Shown here piece after piece: positions 62,762 through 63,986 of a stretch of 63,986 nucleotides of DNA. Source of the DNA: a virus. Taxonomy: Duplodnaviria > Caudoviricetes. The stretch lies in IMG/VR virus record IMGVR_UViG_3300035701_009376, positions 1 through 63,986 of that record; one strand, written 5' to 3'. A model generated the notes under the pieces. That model was not told the origin of the DNA and ran no database searches. It saw only the letters and a program-made list of their open reading frames with translations. The stretch's first letter is position 1, and every line of letters starts with the position of its first letter. The position numbers were made by a program, and so were the translations under genes.

Positions 62762-63986
62762 AATCTGTGAACTATTCGACGGCCGTCGCATCCGCTTCTC
62801 TCTGAATAAGCGGGACGGTCGTCCCGCATACTTCGTCTACTTCCGTCTGCCAGACGGACGGCGAGCGGAGACATCGACGAAGGAAACGAATCGGCGAAGG
62901 GCGCAGGATGCGGCGATCGCCATCATTCAGGAAGCCTACGCTCCGCCGCCTGCCCCGCCACCCGAACCGGATTCAACGGATTCGGTCCCGTGGGATGATG
63001 CCCTGAAACTCGCGCTTCGGCACATGCGGGCGAACAATTTGCGGGCGACCACGATTCAGCAATACGAATTAGCTGTCAAGACGCTCCGCAAGGTGGTCCC
63101 GGACTCCAAGGGGCCGGACGACATTACGCCTGCGTTGGCCGAGCACTTCAAGTTGGTGCGTTTGGAGAAGGGCCGGAAACCCCGAACCGTCGAGAACGAC
63201 ATCAACAACCTGAGCATCGTCTACGGCCATTGGTTTCGCGACACCCTGAAGATCATCGACAGTAACCCGTTCGCCGACGTGGAACCGCCCAGATACGATA
63301 AAGCGCCCGCGCGCTACATCGCGGAGGATGAACAGCAAGCGTTGTTCAATTGGCTGAAGGAGCGATGGCAGTGGCGATTGCCCCTAGTTTTTCTCGAAGT
63401 GAAGGCCGCCATTGGCTGCCGGATTGGCGAGCTGTCATCGGCGTTGACCGTGAACCTGCGCGAGGGCCGGCTCTATTTCCCCGCCGACGCCACCAAGGGA
63501 AGAGAGGAGCGGGCTTGCCTCCTCCCGAAAACTCTGTACGACGAGTTGCGGGCGAAGGCTGGGCCGACCTACGTCTTCGAGCGGTTCAGCGAAGAGCTAC
63601 GGGAAGTCCATCGACGCAAAGGGAACCATCAACCGGCAAACGCCGTGCGAACCTTCACCCCCGCCCGGCTGAAACGATGGATGCAGGATGAGGCTAAGAA
63701 CTACTTCGACAGGACCAATGCCCGCAAGTTCAAGCTTCACAACTTCCGGGGGACGGCCATGAGCAAGGCCCGCGTCGCGGGCGTCTCTACCGACGATGCG
63801 GCCATCGCCTTCGATTGCACCGTCGCCACGATGCAGCAGCACTACCTGGCGTTCGACAAAGCCCGCGTAGCGGATGATGTCTTCTCGCGGATTCAGAACG
63901 GCCGTGTTGGGCGTGCCCACCAGAATGGCGAAGGCGATGGGCGCGCCCAACAGGACAACCAACGTGCTCAGCGAGCCCAACTCTAG
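62751..63986 (+). CDS. int: Tyrosine recombinase / integrase
   Basis: Arm-binding-like N-terminus; GCRIGEL (R), TKG (K), HNFR (HxxR), QHY (Y). Confidence 0.9.
   Translation: MASEICELFDGRRIRFSLNKRDGRPAYFVYFRLPDGRRAETSTKETNRRRAQDAAIAIIQEAYAPPPAPPPEPDSTDSVPWDDALKLALRHMRANNLRATTIQQYELAVKTLRKVVPDSKGPDDITPALAEHFKLVRLEKGRKPRTVENDINNLSIVYGHWFRDTLKIIDSNPFADVEPPRYDKAPARYIAEDEQQALFNWLKERWQWRLPLVFLEVKAAIGCRIGELSSALTVNLREGRLYFPADATKGREERACLLPKTLYDELRAKAGPTYVFERFSEELREVHRRKGNHQPANAVRTFTPARLKRWMQDEAKNYFDRTNARKFKLHNFRGTAMSKARVAGVSTDDAAIAFDCTVATMQQHYLAFDKARVADDVFSRIQNGRVGRAHQNGEGDGRAQQDNQRAQRAQL

Larger units (their letters stand above)
1..63986. mobile_element. Partial genome of a temperate tailed phage / prophage (siphovirus-like tail, own replisome, tyrosine integrase)
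   Basis: Contiguous tail module, primase-helicase, PolA, many MTases and HNHs, excisionase-like genes and an integrase; tightly packed genes with ATGA/TAATG overlaps. Confidence 0.93.

Noticed and set aside
63900-63986. att site beside the integrase
   Set aside because: The window ends at the integrase stop, so no flanking repeat can be assessed

Overview
The whole window reads as most of one GC-rich tailed phage or prophage; no host housekeeping genes are evident. It has four parts. (1) 1-18651 (+): a siphovirus-type neck/tail module with major tail protein, tail chaperone with a likely -1 frameshift, a 1255-aa tape measure, three tandem paralogous fibre-like proteins, a repeat-rich 1024-aa protein and a tail tip/hub. 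(2) 18747-23587 (-): primase-helicase, dATP/dGTP diphosphohydrolase-like protein and a DEDDh exonuclease. (3) 23779-62269 (+): a replication, DNA-modification and accessory arm with two ParB-like proteins, SNF2-like helicase, family A DNA polymerase, a sigma factor, DNA and RNA ligases, eight DNA methyltransferases, a radical-SAM-like protein, DeoC, ClpP-like and trypsin-like proteases, HNH nucleases and tRNA-Glu. (4) Excisionase-like genes and a tyrosine integrase at the right end. Capsid, portal, terminase, att sites and clear lysis genes are not visible. The top candidates for novelty are: a DNA polymerase with a DnaJ-type zinc finger and an HPD J-domain inserted in its thumb; a phage sigma factor alongside five exact copies of CTCTCG-N16-CGTTGT upstream of genes; and homing-type endonucleases lodged in genes with no intron or intein hallmarks, one of them overprinted in a second frame of an intact methyltransferase. 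All calls come from manual motif reading; no database searches were run.
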